The notes under the pieces are model-generated. The model searched no databases and was not told where the DNA came from. It was given only the letters and a program-made list of their open reading frames with translations. Both the position numbers and the translations under genes were made by a program. Source: a virus. Taken from it: 37,207 bases of DNA. The stretch lies in the IMG/VR virus record IMGVR_UViG_3300045988_171829; one strand, given 5' to 3'. Of the stretch, positions 19,697-29,832 are shown one piece after another; positions within the stretch are counted from its first letter, which is position 1; every line of letters starts with the position of its first letter.

Positions 19697-20122
19697 CTAC
19701 TCCTGCTCTTTACTTAACTCTTTCTTTTCTCCATCTTTAAGTTGTACTAATGCATCTTTTAATTTCTCTGGTATAGGTAATCCTAATCCAGCACAATTTT
19801 CTAATAAACTAATACCTTCGTTAGCTATGTAGAAATAGCATATAAGTGTCCTAAATACCCATGTTCCAGTATTTAATAGCCTATCTAGTAATACTGCTAC
19901 TATTAAAACAATAAATATAACTGTTTTCCTCGCTATACCTTTAAGTCCTATATCGGAGCTAACTTCTTTATTTATCCATGCTCTTAATACTCCAGTTGCA
20001 TAATCTAGTGCCATAAAGCACACAAGAACAATAAGAGCAGTGTCCCATGTACCGAATAACCAAGTTACTCCCGTTCCTATTGCTGCTACAATAATTTTAA
20101 AATAGTTTAATAAGTTTTCCAT
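19697..20122 (-). CDS. Holin (phage holin family 4-like)
   Basis: 141 aa with 3-4 transmembrane segments and a charged C-tail. Immediately upstream of the endolysin. Confidence 0.8.
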   Translation of the reverse strand: MENLLNYFKIIVAAIGTGVTWLFGTWDTALIVLVCFMALDYATGVLRAWINKEVSSDIGLKGIARKTVIFIVLIVAVLLDRLLNTGTWVFRTLICYFYIANEGISLLENCAGLGLPIPEKLKDALVQLKDGEKKELSKEQE

Positions 20123-20285
20123 TTTACACCTTCCTTTTATTTTTTGTATTAAAAAAGAAGCTAGATTTTACTCTAACTTCTTACTTTATTTGTTTATTTT
20201 AAGTTTTTAATGCAATACAAACGTGCAGTATTGCATTGGATTTGAAGTCTTTATTTGCGACGCCACTATCTCTCGTCTGCTTTTA

Positions 20286-20303
20286 AATTTTACGAACAAT
20301 ATT
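20286..20303. repeat. 18-bp exact repeat AATTTTACGAACAATATT, copy 1
   Basis: Identical to 20688-20705. A companion motif TATACTTGTTT lies at 20358-20368, 20649-20659 and also 10864-10874. Confidence 0.9.
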
Positions 20304-20409
20304 TATCCATAGCCTAGAACCTCGCAAACCTAGTATTTACAAGGGTTTGAGCGCATTTATACTTGTTTGTATTTCAAATTGCGCACTAAATTTAAGCATG
20401 AAAAAAGGA

Positions 20410-20589
20410 CTATAAAAGTCCCTTTTTCTTCTTTTCTTTATACTCTTCAAATTCCTTTTCTTCCTCAATGAATTCTTTCATTTTTGCTGCAACAAAAGGT
20501 GAAATTGAAACCCCTTTTTTAGAAGCATACTTTTTGAATTCTTCAAGTAGTTCAGGATCAAGAGTTATGTTTACCCTTTGAACTGCCAT
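20410..20589 (-). CDS. Orphan ribbon-helix-helix (CopG/antitoxin-like) protein, 59 aa (below track cutoff)
   Basis: GGAGG RBS. Translation: MAVQRVNITLDPELLEEFKKYASKKGVSISPFVAAKMKEFIEEEKEFEEYKEKKKKGLL. Confidence 0.6.
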   Translation of the reverse strand: MAVQRVNITLDPELLEEFKKYASKKGVSISPFVAAKMKEFIEEEKEFEEYKEKKKKGLL

Positions 20590-20687
20590 ATATGTACAAC
20601 CTCCAATTCAAGGAAAATTATACAATATTAAAAATAAACTGTCACTTTTATACTTGTTTATACACACTAATAAATATTTACACGTAT

Positions 20688-20705
20688 AATTTTACGAACA
20701 ATATT
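20688..20705. repeat. 18-bp exact repeat AATTTTACGAACAATATT, copy 2
   Basis: Identical to 20286-20303. Confidence 0.9.
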
Positions 20706-20718
20706 ATTCAATTATGCT

Positions 20719-23049
20719 CTAATAAGATATAAAGCTACCACTTAACCACAAGTTAAATGTCTTACCTGGAACATTCTCTCCTTTAATAGAGAAATTATTT
20801 CCATCTGAATTAGTTCCATTTAAAATTAAAGTTTTTCCTTGTCCATATACATTAGTAACTCTATTTTCTGTTCCAAAGCCACTAAAATAACCTATATTAG
20901 CACAAGTTAATCCATTAATACTAGCTGGTAAACCAATAACTAAATCACCTACTAAGTCACTCCCTAAAGTACCTTTTAATCTTATTTCAAAGTGACATAT
21001 ATTATTCGATAACCAATACTTACCTGTTTGTTCAGTATAAGTTACAGTACCTTGAGTAGTTGTCCCTGCTATTGTAGGTGTAAAAGTAGTATTTGTGATA
21101 ATTGAAGCTTTTTCTAATTTAATCCACTTATTATAGCCAGTTGCATATGCAACATAGATAGTTTTATTAGTTGAATCAATTACTGTATGACCAACACACA
21201 TAGCAGCAAAATCTGGAGCCTTACTATATTCAAACGGCATTTGATAAACTAAAGAATTTGAAGTTATGTTTTGACTTGGTAAAGCTTCTACAAATTGTGG
21301 ATTATAAACTTTAGTAAGTGCCAATCTATCTTTTTCCTCTGAATAAGATTCCATATTCTTTATAAATATAGTTGTGTAATTTCTATTAGGAGTAATATAT
21401 ACACCTAGTCTTAAATGCCTTTCAAAAGCTTCCTCAACTACAACAGAAACACTTACATATTTATCTGATTTACTATGTCTTAAGAAGTTATAATTAACTT
21501 TAGCAGTAGTAAATGTAGGTGTAGGTCCAAATGAAGATAATCTAAATTCACATTTAACGTGTGCTTGATAACCTTCTTTTTCATTATTAGTAGTAAACAT
21601 ATCAAACTCAATTCCAAAATCTTTAGATGTAGCATAATAATAATCAAGTTCAGCTATTTTAGCAAAATGACTATTATGAGTAGTTCCATCATTTACAACT
21701 CTAATTTCATTTTTTATTATTTCACCTTCATTATTAATTCTTAAGAATTTGCCATTTGAATCAGCTTGTCCAATATCAATTATGTTTTTATTTGCATTAA
21801 ATCCATCTCTAGCGTTAACTATATCCATTCCTTTATCTTTTGCATACTGAATTACTTCAAGCATATCAGCTACACCAGTATTGCCATCTTTAAAAGCATC
21901 ATAATGGCTATGTTGAACAAATACTAACCATAAATTATTTTCATAAGCGTAATCTATATCTGCTTTCATATCTTCTTTAGTTATAGCGACATCATTGTAA
22001 GTTTCACCTATACCATATCTTCTCCAAATTTTATAATTAGACATATAATCCATTTTGCCTAATCCTGTTACTGGATCTTCTACATTGTTTATAAATTTGT
22101 TTCCAGTAGCAAATAAATTATCATAATATTCTCTAGCAACTTTTTCTATTGTAGGATTTATACATCCGAAAGGTGCTATATAAATATCATCATCAAGATT
22201 ATGCTCAATTAATGCTTTCTTTGCTCTACCAAAGCTTTCGTGCATTTCATCTTCTGTTGAAGCTGTTGCATTTATATGGTTAGCACTATGTGAACATACT
22301 GTCCATCCTGCTTCTTTAAGTTCTTTTGCTTGTTCCCAAGTAATAAATACTTTTTCTTTTGAAATATTATCTGTTATTAATGGAGTTGTACAAGGTACTC
22401 CAGCAACTTTAAATATTTTTTCATAAAATACAGTATAATCAGTTAATTGACCATCATCAGTTATAAAAGTAACCATTGGTCTTGCTATAATTCCTGTATT
22501 AGCAGTTTTTTCAGTTAAAATACTTTTCATATTCATATTTTGTTCCAATTGTTCGTCAATTTTTTTTACTTTTGTAAGTAAATTGACTTCTCCATCTCTA
22601 GCTGCAGCTATTTCATTTTTATAATTATCATATTCATTAAGAGATGCTAGTCCATTTAAAAGTGCTGAAAATTCATTTGTTGATACAATAGCATTTTCAG
22701 AATTAATACTTTTCTTAACATCCATATAAAAGACATTAGTTGTTAATTTTTTATCCCCTTCAATAACCATTAATTCTAACTTTAAAAGCCCTGGTACTGC
22801 AAGCATTTGATTTGTAAGTTCAAGAGTACAATATCCTTTAACCCTGTCATTTATAATTAAATCATTAAAAACTTCTTTACCATCTGGTTTAGTTGCAAAA
22901 ACCTTCACACTTCTATTTTCTAGACTAAAAGGAATAGCTCCATCTAACAATTGAAAAAGCAAGAATCTACTTTGAGTATCTCCTTGTTTGGCTGTTAAAG
23001 TATCATATAGATTTCTATTTATATCTAACTTAACTATTTTCGTATTCAT
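20719..23049 (-). CDS. Receptor-binding/baseplate protein: BppU-like N-domain + CE4 polysaccharide-deacetylase-like domain + C-terminal fibre/lectin-like domain
   Basis: The ATG at 23049 lies 7 nt after GAGGAGG. N-terminus MNTKIVKLDINRN...GDTQSRFL. CE4 motifs ITDDG, HSANH and IAPFG. Confidence 0.75.
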   Translation of the reverse strand: MNTKIVKLDINRNLYDTLTAKQGDTQSRFLLFQLLDGAIPFSLENRSVKVFATKPDGKEVFNDLIINDRVKGYCTLELTNQMLAVPGLLKLELMVIEGDKKLTTNVFYMDVKKSINSENAIVSTNEFSALLNGLASLNEYDNYKNEIAAARDGEVNLLTKVKKIDEQLEQNMNMKSILTEKTANTGIIARPMVTFITDDGQLTDYTVFYEKIFKVAGVPCTTPLITDNISKEKVFITWEQAKELKEAGWTVCSHSANHINATASTEDEMHESFGRAKKALIEHNLDDDIYIAPFGCINPTIEKVAREYYDNLFATGNKFINNVEDPVTGLGKMDYMSNYKIWRRYGIGETYNDVAITKEDMKADIDYAYENNLWLVFVQHSHYDAFKDGNTGVADMLEVIQYAKDKGMDIVNARDGFNANKNIIDIGQADSNGKFLRINNEGEIIKNEIRVVNDGTTHNSHFAKIAELDYYYATSKDFGIEFDMFTTNNEKEGYQAHVKCEFRLSSFGPTPTFTTAKVNYNFLRHSKSDKYVSVSVVVEEAFERHLRLGVYITPNRNYTTIFIKNMESYSEEKDRLALTKVYNPQFVEALPSQNITSNSLVYQMPFEYSKAPDFAAMCVGHTVIDSTNKTIYVAYATGYNKWIKLEKASIITNTTFTPTIAGTTTQGTVTYTEQTGKYWLSNNICHFEIRLKGTLGSDLVGDLVIGLPASINGLTCANIGYFSGFGTENRVTNVYGQGKTLILNGTNSDGNNFSIKGENVPGKTFNLWLSGSFISY

Positions 23050-25465
23050 AATTAACCTCCTCACTTAAAGGTGCTTCTTCTGTTTTAAATTCTTTTCTTA
23101 AAAGTGAAATATCAATAGATATTTCAATATTCATTATCAACTCTCTATCTGTCTCTATTGTAAATCTAGCATCTTCTTCACTAGTTATTGAGTAATCCCC
23201 AAAACCTTTCTTAGCTACCCCTATTATTCTGTAATTACACCCTTTATACTTATTAGGGATATTTAATATTATTTTATTCCCTATACTTCTAATATCTTTA
23301 TAAATATATCTTATTGTATCTTCTTCGCAGGATTCTAAAGCTGTAACACTTGCAGCACTTCTACTATCTAAATTTGCATAATTATTAGTTAAATTTGAGT
23401 TTTGAATATTAATATTATGCAAAGTATATCCTTTAAAATTCCAATTCCCATAACTCTCAAATAAATCTCCTGTTCCAGATGGAGGTGATTCATGGATTTT
23501 TAATCTTGTTTTTAAAGCGGTTCCTGATTTATAACCAAATTCAAGTCCATTATCTCCATATATGCCTAAATAATTCCCTGATAAATTCATAAATTGATGG
23601 TCTATACCTGAACTTTTTATATTTAAGCTATTTTTTATAAATAATGGATCGTATATATACATCCCTGCATCAGAAAAAGGAAGCCCTGCAGATTCAGGCA
23701 CACCAACTGGTACGAAATAAGCGGCAGCTCTTATAGTTCCATCTTCTTTTTGATATCCTATTTGAATGTAATCACCATATCCAGATGTACATATACTAAC
23801 TCCATTTTGATTTCTATCTTTTGCAAATGATGTTGCTATTATTTTAGCTACTTCCTCCATACCATTGTTAGCTGAATTAGTTGTTACCTTAATACCGCCT
23901 TTATCAATGCTTATGCCTTCATTTCCATTTGTGTGAGATAGAATTAATTTCCCATCAATTAGCTTTAATACATCAGCAAAATTGAAAGTACCATCATCCA
24001 TGTTTATCCACGTTTTTTCATTCATGCTCATTAACAGTCCTGATTTAATTCTATCTGCTATCATACTTCCTGCAATTATCATATCAGCAACAAATCCTTT
24101 AGCTGTACCAAATGTTCTCCAATTCCAAGTCCCATCTGCATTTAATTCATCAGCTATCATAAATCCTTTAGTTCCAATTGCCATAGCTCCATATAAATCA
24201 CCTGGCACCTTACACTCAAATAAAATAGCAGTTCCATTATGTTTATCAGCACTATCTACCATTGCTCTCATATTATTATTTAATAAATTAATAGTGCCTT
24301 CTAAATAACTTGATAATAACCCATTTTCATTAAAGAAACTATCTAGTTTAGCCTGAGTATTTTTTATTATTAGTTGATTATCAGTTAAAGTCCCAAATTT
24401 ATTTCCAAATGTATAAGTAGTATTTAATGGATTTAAAAAATCAATGGCGATTTCTATTATTCTAAATCTTTCATCTACATTAAAAATCTTACATTTTATA
24501 GGGACTTCATCCCCTAAACTAAATTTATCATATTTAATGTCAATTTCATGCATATCAGCAATTTTCATTTTTAAACTTCTTCGTGGTTTAGATATTTCTT
24601 TAAGATATTCTTCACCTTTTCTTTTTAAATTACTAGCTATAGTTACATCATTCCATGTTTCTGTAGTTTCTATTAATCCATAAACTTTTGCTGCATCCTC
24701 ATTAATTAAGTAATCTTTATCATCATTAACTTCATTTATGGTTAATCTATTACCGACTTTACTTTCCTCGCTACCATCGGTTTTACTTGCCCCTAGTGGT
24801 ATTAATTTAGTGTAAATTCCAGTTGTATCACACTCAGTTTGATAATCAAGCATATTCTCTCCAAATACAATTTCTTGATTGCTAACTTTTCCTACGTTAA
24901 GTAAATAATCTAAATATTTTTTACCATCTATTTTTCTAAGCACAAAAAAACCACCTAATCTATTAGGTAGTCTATCTAATAATAAAGTTAATGTATTTTC
25001 ATAGTCTGCAGTTCTATACAGATTTGCAGTTACCGTTACATTCCCCAAATATATCTTTTTATAATCCTCAACTTGATTATTATGTTCATCTAAAATCTCC
25101 TTTAGAAAATCTTTAACTGAATAGTCATGCCATTCACGTGGCCTTATTGTTGTGTCATTTAAATATGCTAACTCTCCCTCAAATATTAATATTTTTGATA
25201 ATCCATTATTAAAACTATCACTTGGATTTATCATTCTTCCATAAAAAATCTCTATTCCATTGTGATCTTCTATCTTAATATGACTTACTAGTTCATAAAA
25301 TTCATTAAATGCTTTATTGGTCACTGGAACTTCTATAGTTACAGACGGCACTCCATTAAATCCAAATTTCCCTTTTGCTGATAATATTTTAGGTGCTTCT
25401 GGATCATTTGAAAAATGGTGAAGCAGTATTTCTTTATCATCATTAATTAATGTTATTTTATACAC
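23030..25465 (-). CDS. Tail-associated lysin-like / prophage-tail endopeptidase family protein (Tal)
   Basis: 811 aa directly after Dit. The N-terminal region is typical of siphovirus Tal. Call rests mainly on position. Confidence 0.7.
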   Translation of the reverse strand: MYKITLINDDKEILLHHFSNDPEAPKILSAKGKFGFNGVPSVTIEVPVTNKAFNEFYELVSHIKIEDHNGIEIFYGRMINPSDSFNNGLSKILIFEGELAYLNDTTIRPREWHDYSVKDFLKEILDEHNNQVEDYKKIYLGNVTVTANLYRTADYENTLTLLLDRLPNRLGGFFVLRKIDGKKYLDYLLNVGKVSNQEIVFGENMLDYQTECDTTGIYTKLIPLGASKTDGSEESKVGNRLTINEVNDDKDYLINEDAAKVYGLIETTETWNDVTIASNLKRKGEEYLKEISKPRRSLKMKIADMHEIDIKYDKFSLGDEVPIKCKIFNVDERFRIIEIAIDFLNPLNTTYTFGNKFGTLTDNQLIIKNTQAKLDSFFNENGLLSSYLEGTINLLNNNMRAMVDSADKHNGTAILFECKVPGDLYGAMAIGTKGFMIADELNADGTWNWRTFGTAKGFVADMIIAGSMIADRIKSGLLMSMNEKTWINMDDGTFNFADVLKLIDGKLILSHTNGNEGISIDKGGIKVTTNSANNGMEEVAKIIATSFAKDRNQNGVSICTSGYGDYIQIGYQKEDGTIRAAAYFVPVGVPESAGLPFSDAGMYIYDPLFIKNSLNIKSSGIDHQFMNLSGNYLGIYGDNGLEFGYKSGTALKTRLKIHESPPSGTGDLFESYGNWNFKGYTLHNINIQNSNLTNNYANLDSRSAASVTALESCEEDTIRYIYKDIRSIGNKIILNIPNKYKGCNYRIIGVAKKGFGDYSITSEEDARFTIETDRELIMNIEISIDISLLRKEFKTEEAPLSEEVNYEYENS

Positions 25466-25467
25466 TT

Positions 25468-26061
25468 TTATAATGCTCCCCTCTTATATATTATAGTCAT
25501 TTCAATTGGCCCATCTGTTATTAATTTTATTTCATTTATACCTTCATTAAATGAAATATCAAAAATTTTATTATCTCCCTTTATTAAAGAATAACTTTTA
25601 TTTTTATATTCTATATTGCATATATTAGAAACATTTATAGTAGGAGTTGATGGCATTAAAGAATTCATTAAATAAATTGATTCTCCTTTATTTAAAGTAA
25701 TTGTATGTTCAACTTCTTCCTCTATTCTCCAAGGATAACATGTAAAACTTATTTTTAACTTTCCTATTATACTAATTTCTTCCAAACTACTTATACTTTC
25801 AACCTTAGCCATAAAATATCCATCTACATCTGATAACTTAAGCTTAGAATATGTAGGTTTTAATAACCAACTTAATAATTTTGAATAAAGTTTATATAAA
25901 TACTCTCTATTCTTTCCTTCTATATTTATTTCCAAGTCTATGGGCCTATTATTAAATGTTAATCCATTTATAAAGCTATAATCAATTATATTAGATGAAA
26001 AAGGAACTTCCACAGTATATTTTTTTACTTCTGGAGTTCCAATAATTCGCTTAGTTATCAC
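25468..26061 (-). CDS. Distal tail protein (Dit)
   Basis: Lies between TMP and Tal. The frame stays open upstream to 26130 and encodes [12 protein letters not shown], so the true start is probably a non-canonical codon at 26118-26124. Confidence 0.65.
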   Translation of the reverse strand: MITKRIIGTPEVKKYTVEVPFSSNIIDYSFINGLTFNNRPIDLEINIEGKNREYLYKLYSKLLSWLLKPTYSKLKLSDVDGYFMAKVESISSLEEISIIGKLKISFTCYPWRIEEEVEHTITLNKGESIYLMNSLMPSTPTINVSNICNIEYKNKSYSLIKGDNKIFDISFNEGINEIKLITDGPIEMTIIYKRGAL

Positions 26062-26114
26062 TAAGCTATCTTCAAATATTTCATCTGAATTTATATCATT
26101 AAATTCTATCCAAC

Positions 26115-29100
26115 TTATAATAATAACCCCCTATCTTCTAATTGAGACCTAATCCCTAAAAATTTATTTGTGCTATTCGCTACAACTTCACCATCTAACA
26201 TAGTATAATTTTTAATTATAAATTGTTGTCCAGTTGCTTCTGGATTAATGTTATTTATTTTATTTGAATTATTTAAATTAGAAGAAAATGTTGTATTTAA
26301 TCCTCTTTCAAAATTACTAGGATTAAAATTTCTCCCCTCAGATATTATATTATTATTTAAATCACTTATTGTATCTAATACCGAATCAGAGTTTTCTTCT
26401 ATACCTACACCAATACCTTCAGCTATATATTTACCAACTTGATCTCTCATGACACGAGATGGTGAATGTATTCCTAATGCTTTTTTAGCACCATCTACAA
26501 TTCCACCAAAAAAACTGCTTACCTTATTTTTTAGCCAAGTTCCCATTCCTGTAATACCATTCCAAACACCTTTAACAATATCTGATCCTATCGATACCAT
26601 TTTACTTGGTAATTCTCTAACAGTATTAATAATATTGTTAACCATATTTCTTCCTGCTTCTTTAGCTTTATTACCTAAATCGGTTGCAAAGTTACTAGCT
26701 TTTTGAATTGTGTTAGATAACCATGTCCATATCTTGCTTGGCAATTGTTGAATCCAAGTTATTATATTGTTTATAAAATTACTACCAACTTCCACAGCTT
26801 TGGAATACATATCTTTTCCCCAGTTTACAACATTATTAAATGTGTTAACTAGCCATGTCCATATCTTACCTGGTAATTCACTAAAAAACTTAACTACATT
26901 TTCAATCCAAATAGGAACATTAGTAACTAAATAGTTCCATGTATCTACTCCCCATTGGATAATACTCCCTAATGCATATCCTAGTGCATATCCTATTTTA
27001 GCTGGTAATTCATTGAACCAATTAAATACATTTTCAATCCATTGAGGTATTGTATTTGTAAAAAAGTTAGATACATTATTGCCCCATTCTTCGAATTTAG
27101 CGAGTACATTTGCCCATAACTGGCCAAACCACTCAGGTATTCCTTGTAACCATGTAACTAATGAATTCCATGCGTTTGGTATTGTTTCAGTGAAAAATTT
27201 GCATATAGCTTCCCAACATGCTATACCAACATCTTTTATGTTATTCCATATTTCTATTACAGCATTTCTAAAATCCTCATTTGTAGTCCATAAAGCTATT
27301 ATTGCAGCTACTAACCCTGCTATTATTGAAATTATTAAACCTATTGGATTTGCATTCATTGCTGCATTCATAGCCCATTGTGCTATTGTTGCTCCCTCAT
27401 TTGCCAGCTTAAAAGCTTTTATAGCTCCTACTACACCATTAATAATAGATACAACATTCCAGGCTAATAATCCAGTTCCTATTCCAGCTATAGTTGAAAT
27501 TATAGTTGATGAATTATTAACTATGAATCCCACAAATTCACCTATTTTTTCAACTACTCCTCTTAAAATCTCTTTTATTTCTGGTCCATTTTCTTGTAAG
27601 TAAGATATAACATCTTCAACTACTGGTTTCAGCTCTTCTCCTAATGGTTCTATAACACTTACTTGCATTTCTCTTCCAAGTCCTGCAAGTGCCGAACCTA
27701 TATCATCATATTTTTGATTATTAATGTCTTCTAATGCTGTGCTAGTGGTAGATATTTGTCCTTGCATATCCATTAATGCTTTTACTCCATCTACACCTAA
27801 GTCTTCCCACATTGTACCGAACATTTCAACACCTAAAATATTTTGTTGAATAGGATCATCCATATTAAATAAAGCCGTAGTTACTTGTCCTAAAGCTTCT
27901 TTGGCAGCATCTCCTCCAGCCCCAAATTTTTCAGTAGTTTTATCTACATCCAAACCTAATTGCTTAAATGCATTATCTGCAGTTCCATCTTTAACTCTTA
28001 TTCCAAATTCCTTTACAGCATCACCAAGTTTATCTACACTAAAAGTTCCATTCTCAGCGCCATTTATAAGCATATTAAACATTTCTTCAGCACCAATACC
28101 TAACTGGTTGAAATGTACTGAATATTCATTTATTGTATCTAATAAATCTCCATTTTTATCTAGACCATTTTGAGCTCCTTGTACTATTAAGTTATATGCT
28201 TCATCTGATGATAACCCAAATTGATCCATTAACATTTTTGCTGAACGTGTAGATTCATTAACCTCAAATTCGAATGTATCTCTTAATAATATTGCCCTTT
28301 CAGTTGCAATTTGTAACTCATCCCCTGCAAGCTTAGTATTATTTTTTACTATAGCCATAGAACTTGCTACATCTTCTATACTTTCACCAAAATTATTAAC
28401 ATACACATTTTCCATTGCTTCATTTAATGAATCAAACTCTTCTTCTGCTGCACCAGTCTTTGTAATTAATGTATTAAATGCTTTATCAAAATCATTCGAT
28501 AGATTTAATGCATACGTTGCTCCTGCAACTCCAGCAGCACCTATTGCTAAAGCCCCTACTTTTAATTTATCAGCAACATCTTCAACACTACTTTTAAAAT
28601 CATCAAGTTCTTTTTTAGCATTCTGTACTTCTTCAGCATGTTGCTTCTGTGCTTTCTCTGCCTCCTCTAAGGCTTTTCTTTCTGCTTCTAAAGCTTCTTC
28701 CTGATCTCTTATACTCTTATTAAGTTTCTCAGCTTCTTCTTTTGCAACACCATTATTATCCCCAAATTCATCAAGATTTCGTGTTGCAACTTGCAATGCA
28801 CTTTTCATATTATTTAATTCATTTTCAGTTTTTATTATTTCTCTTTGAAATGCTCTATACTGCTCTTCTGCAATTTCGCCTCTTTCAAACTGAGCTTGAA
28901 CTTGTGCTTCTGCTGCTTTTAAAGCTTCTAATTTTTCAGATGTAGCACTTATAGAATCTGCTAATAAATTTTGTTTTTGCGCTAATAATTCAGTATTAGT
29001 TGGGTCTAATTTAAGGAGTTTTTCAACTTGCCTAAGTTCAACTTGTAATGATCTACTAGTTTTATTTACCGAGCTTAAACTTTTCTCTAAGGGCTCTGTA

Positions 29101-29144
29101 TTCCCACCAATATCAATAGTTATTCCTTTTAAACTTTTAGCCAT
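26115..29144 (-). CDS. Tape measure protein
   Basis: 1009 aa with an N-terminal coiled coil, central hydrophobic/Gly-rich segments, and repeated W-rich NxxxWxxxxP modules. Confidence 0.9.
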   Translation of the reverse strand: MAKSLKGITIDIGGNTEPLEKSLSSVNKTSRSLQVELRQVEKLLKLDPTNTELLAQKQNLLADSISATSEKLEALKAAEAQVQAQFERGEIAEEQYRAFQREIIKTENELNNMKSALQVATRNLDEFGDNNGVAKEEAEKLNKSIRDQEEALEAERKALEEAEKAQKQHAEEVQNAKKELDDFKSSVEDVADKLKVGALAIGAAGVAGATYALNLSNDFDKAFNTLITKTGAAEEEFDSLNEAMENVYVNNFGESIEDVASSMAIVKNNTKLAGDELQIATERAILLRDTFEFEVNESTRSAKMLMDQFGLSSDEAYNLIVQGAQNGLDKNGDLLDTINEYSVHFNQLGIGAEEMFNMLINGAENGTFSVDKLGDAVKEFGIRVKDGTADNAFKQLGLDVDKTTEKFGAGGDAAKEALGQVTTALFNMDDPIQQNILGVEMFGTMWEDLGVDGVKALMDMQGQISTTSTALEDINNQKYDDIGSALAGLGREMQVSVIEPLGEELKPVVEDVISYLQENGPEIKEILRGVVEKIGEFVGFIVNNSSTIISTIAGIGTGLLAWNVVSIINGVVGAIKAFKLANEGATIAQWAMNAAMNANPIGLIISIIAGLVAAIIALWTTNEDFRNAVIEIWNNIKDVGIACWEAICKFFTETIPNAWNSLVTWLQGIPEWFGQLWANVLAKFEEWGNNVSNFFTNTIPQWIENVFNWFNELPAKIGYALGYALGSIIQWGVDTWNYLVTNVPIWIENVVKFFSELPGKIWTWLVNTFNNVVNWGKDMYSKAVEVGSNFINNIITWIQQLPSKIWTWLSNTIQKASNFATDLGNKAKEAGRNMVNNIINTVRELPSKMVSIGSDIVKGVWNGITGMGTWLKNKVSSFFGGIVDGAKKALGIHSPSRVMRDQVGKYIAEGIGVGIEENSDSVLDTISDLNNNIISEGRNFNPSNFERGLNTTFSSNLNNSNKINNINPEATGQQFIIKNYTMLDGEVVANSTNKFLGIRSQLEDRGLLL

Positions 29145-29147
29145 ATA

Positions 29148-29755
29148 TTATTCCTCCTTTCTACCAAACTTATCTCTAAGTCTTTTTCTTTCTGGTTTAG
29201 TTTGAGATATCCTCCAAGCATTATCTAAATATTCTTGACCTTTTTCAGTTTTATTAAATGTATAAATAAAGGCATCTCTTCTATATCTCAGATAATCTAT
29301 AATATCTAACTCTTCAACCTCTAGTATATTTAAACCCGTATATTCTGAAACTAAATGCTCCCAGTAAGTAGTTATTTCATATTTATGTCCCTCACTCTCC
29401 TCAAGTGGATAGTAAGGGAGTTCTAGTTTTTTGTTTGGTTGCTAATAAACTCCATATATGTTTTTAGAAAAATCATTATATCTTCAACATCTAATATGTC
29501 TTCTAATAACTCTTTTTCTATCTTTATATTTGCTTTATTTCTAGACATTACTTTTGCACACACCTCGTAAAGTGCATCTATTTCTTCTTCTCCATTTGAA
29601 CTACTATCAACACTTCTAGCCCATGAATCTATAGAAGTTATCTCGCTTAACAATTTTTTTGATGGATTACATATCATTATAGTAGTTTTATTTTCATCTC
29701 TAAGAGTAACAGTTAAGTATTGTTTTTTTATATTATTGAAGTTTAAGCTTGCCAT
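29148..29755 (-). CDS. Tail assembly chaperone GT-like product via programmed -1 frameshift
   Basis: After AAAAAAC, the -1 frame stays open for 92 codons (LELPYYPLEESEGHKYE...RDKFGRKEE). It stops at 29148-29150, 3 nt before the TMP ATG. Confidence 0.7.
29423..29755 (-). CDS. Tail assembly chaperone (G-like, frame 0 product)
   Basis: 110-aa acidic protein between the major tail gene and TMP. It ends just after the slippery heptamer. Confidence 0.75.
   Translation of the reverse strand: MASLNFNNIKKQYLTVTLRDENKTTIMICNPSKKLLSEITSIDSWARSVDSSSNGEEEIDALYEVCAKVMSRNKANIKIEKELLEDILDVEDIMIFLKTYMEFISNQTKN
29426..29432 (-). other. Slippery heptamer A-AAA-AAC
   Basis: The minus strand reads ACA AAA AAC TAG. 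This is the classic -1 slip site immediately before the frame-0 stop. Confidence 0.7.
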
Positions 29756-29776
29756 TTATTATCATCCTTTCAAACT

Positions 29777-29817
29777 AAAAGCTCTAAAAGAATTTCTTTT
29801 AATCTCTTAGAGCTTTT
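29777..29817 (-). terminator. Hairpin after the major tail gene (partial terminator)
   Basis: AAAAGCTCTAA (29777-29787) pairs with TTAGAGCTTTT (29807-29817). Confidence 0.5.
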
Positions 29818-29832
29818 TTATATTTATTAATT

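Noticed and set aside
20293-20303. CGAACAATATT (also at 20695-20705) as LexA boxes
   Set aside because: Only the CGAAC half-site is present. The position where GTTC should lie reads TTTA or TTAT. These are more similar to the CGGACAAATT switch operators than to a Cheo box. Only 11518-11531 has both arms.
27079-27603. 174-aa plus-strand ORF, and neighbours 26248-26442, 26449-26706, 27901-28173 and 28742-28945, antisense to the tape measure gene
   Set aside because: Shadow ORFs of the 1009-aa TMP gene. No RBS and biased composition.
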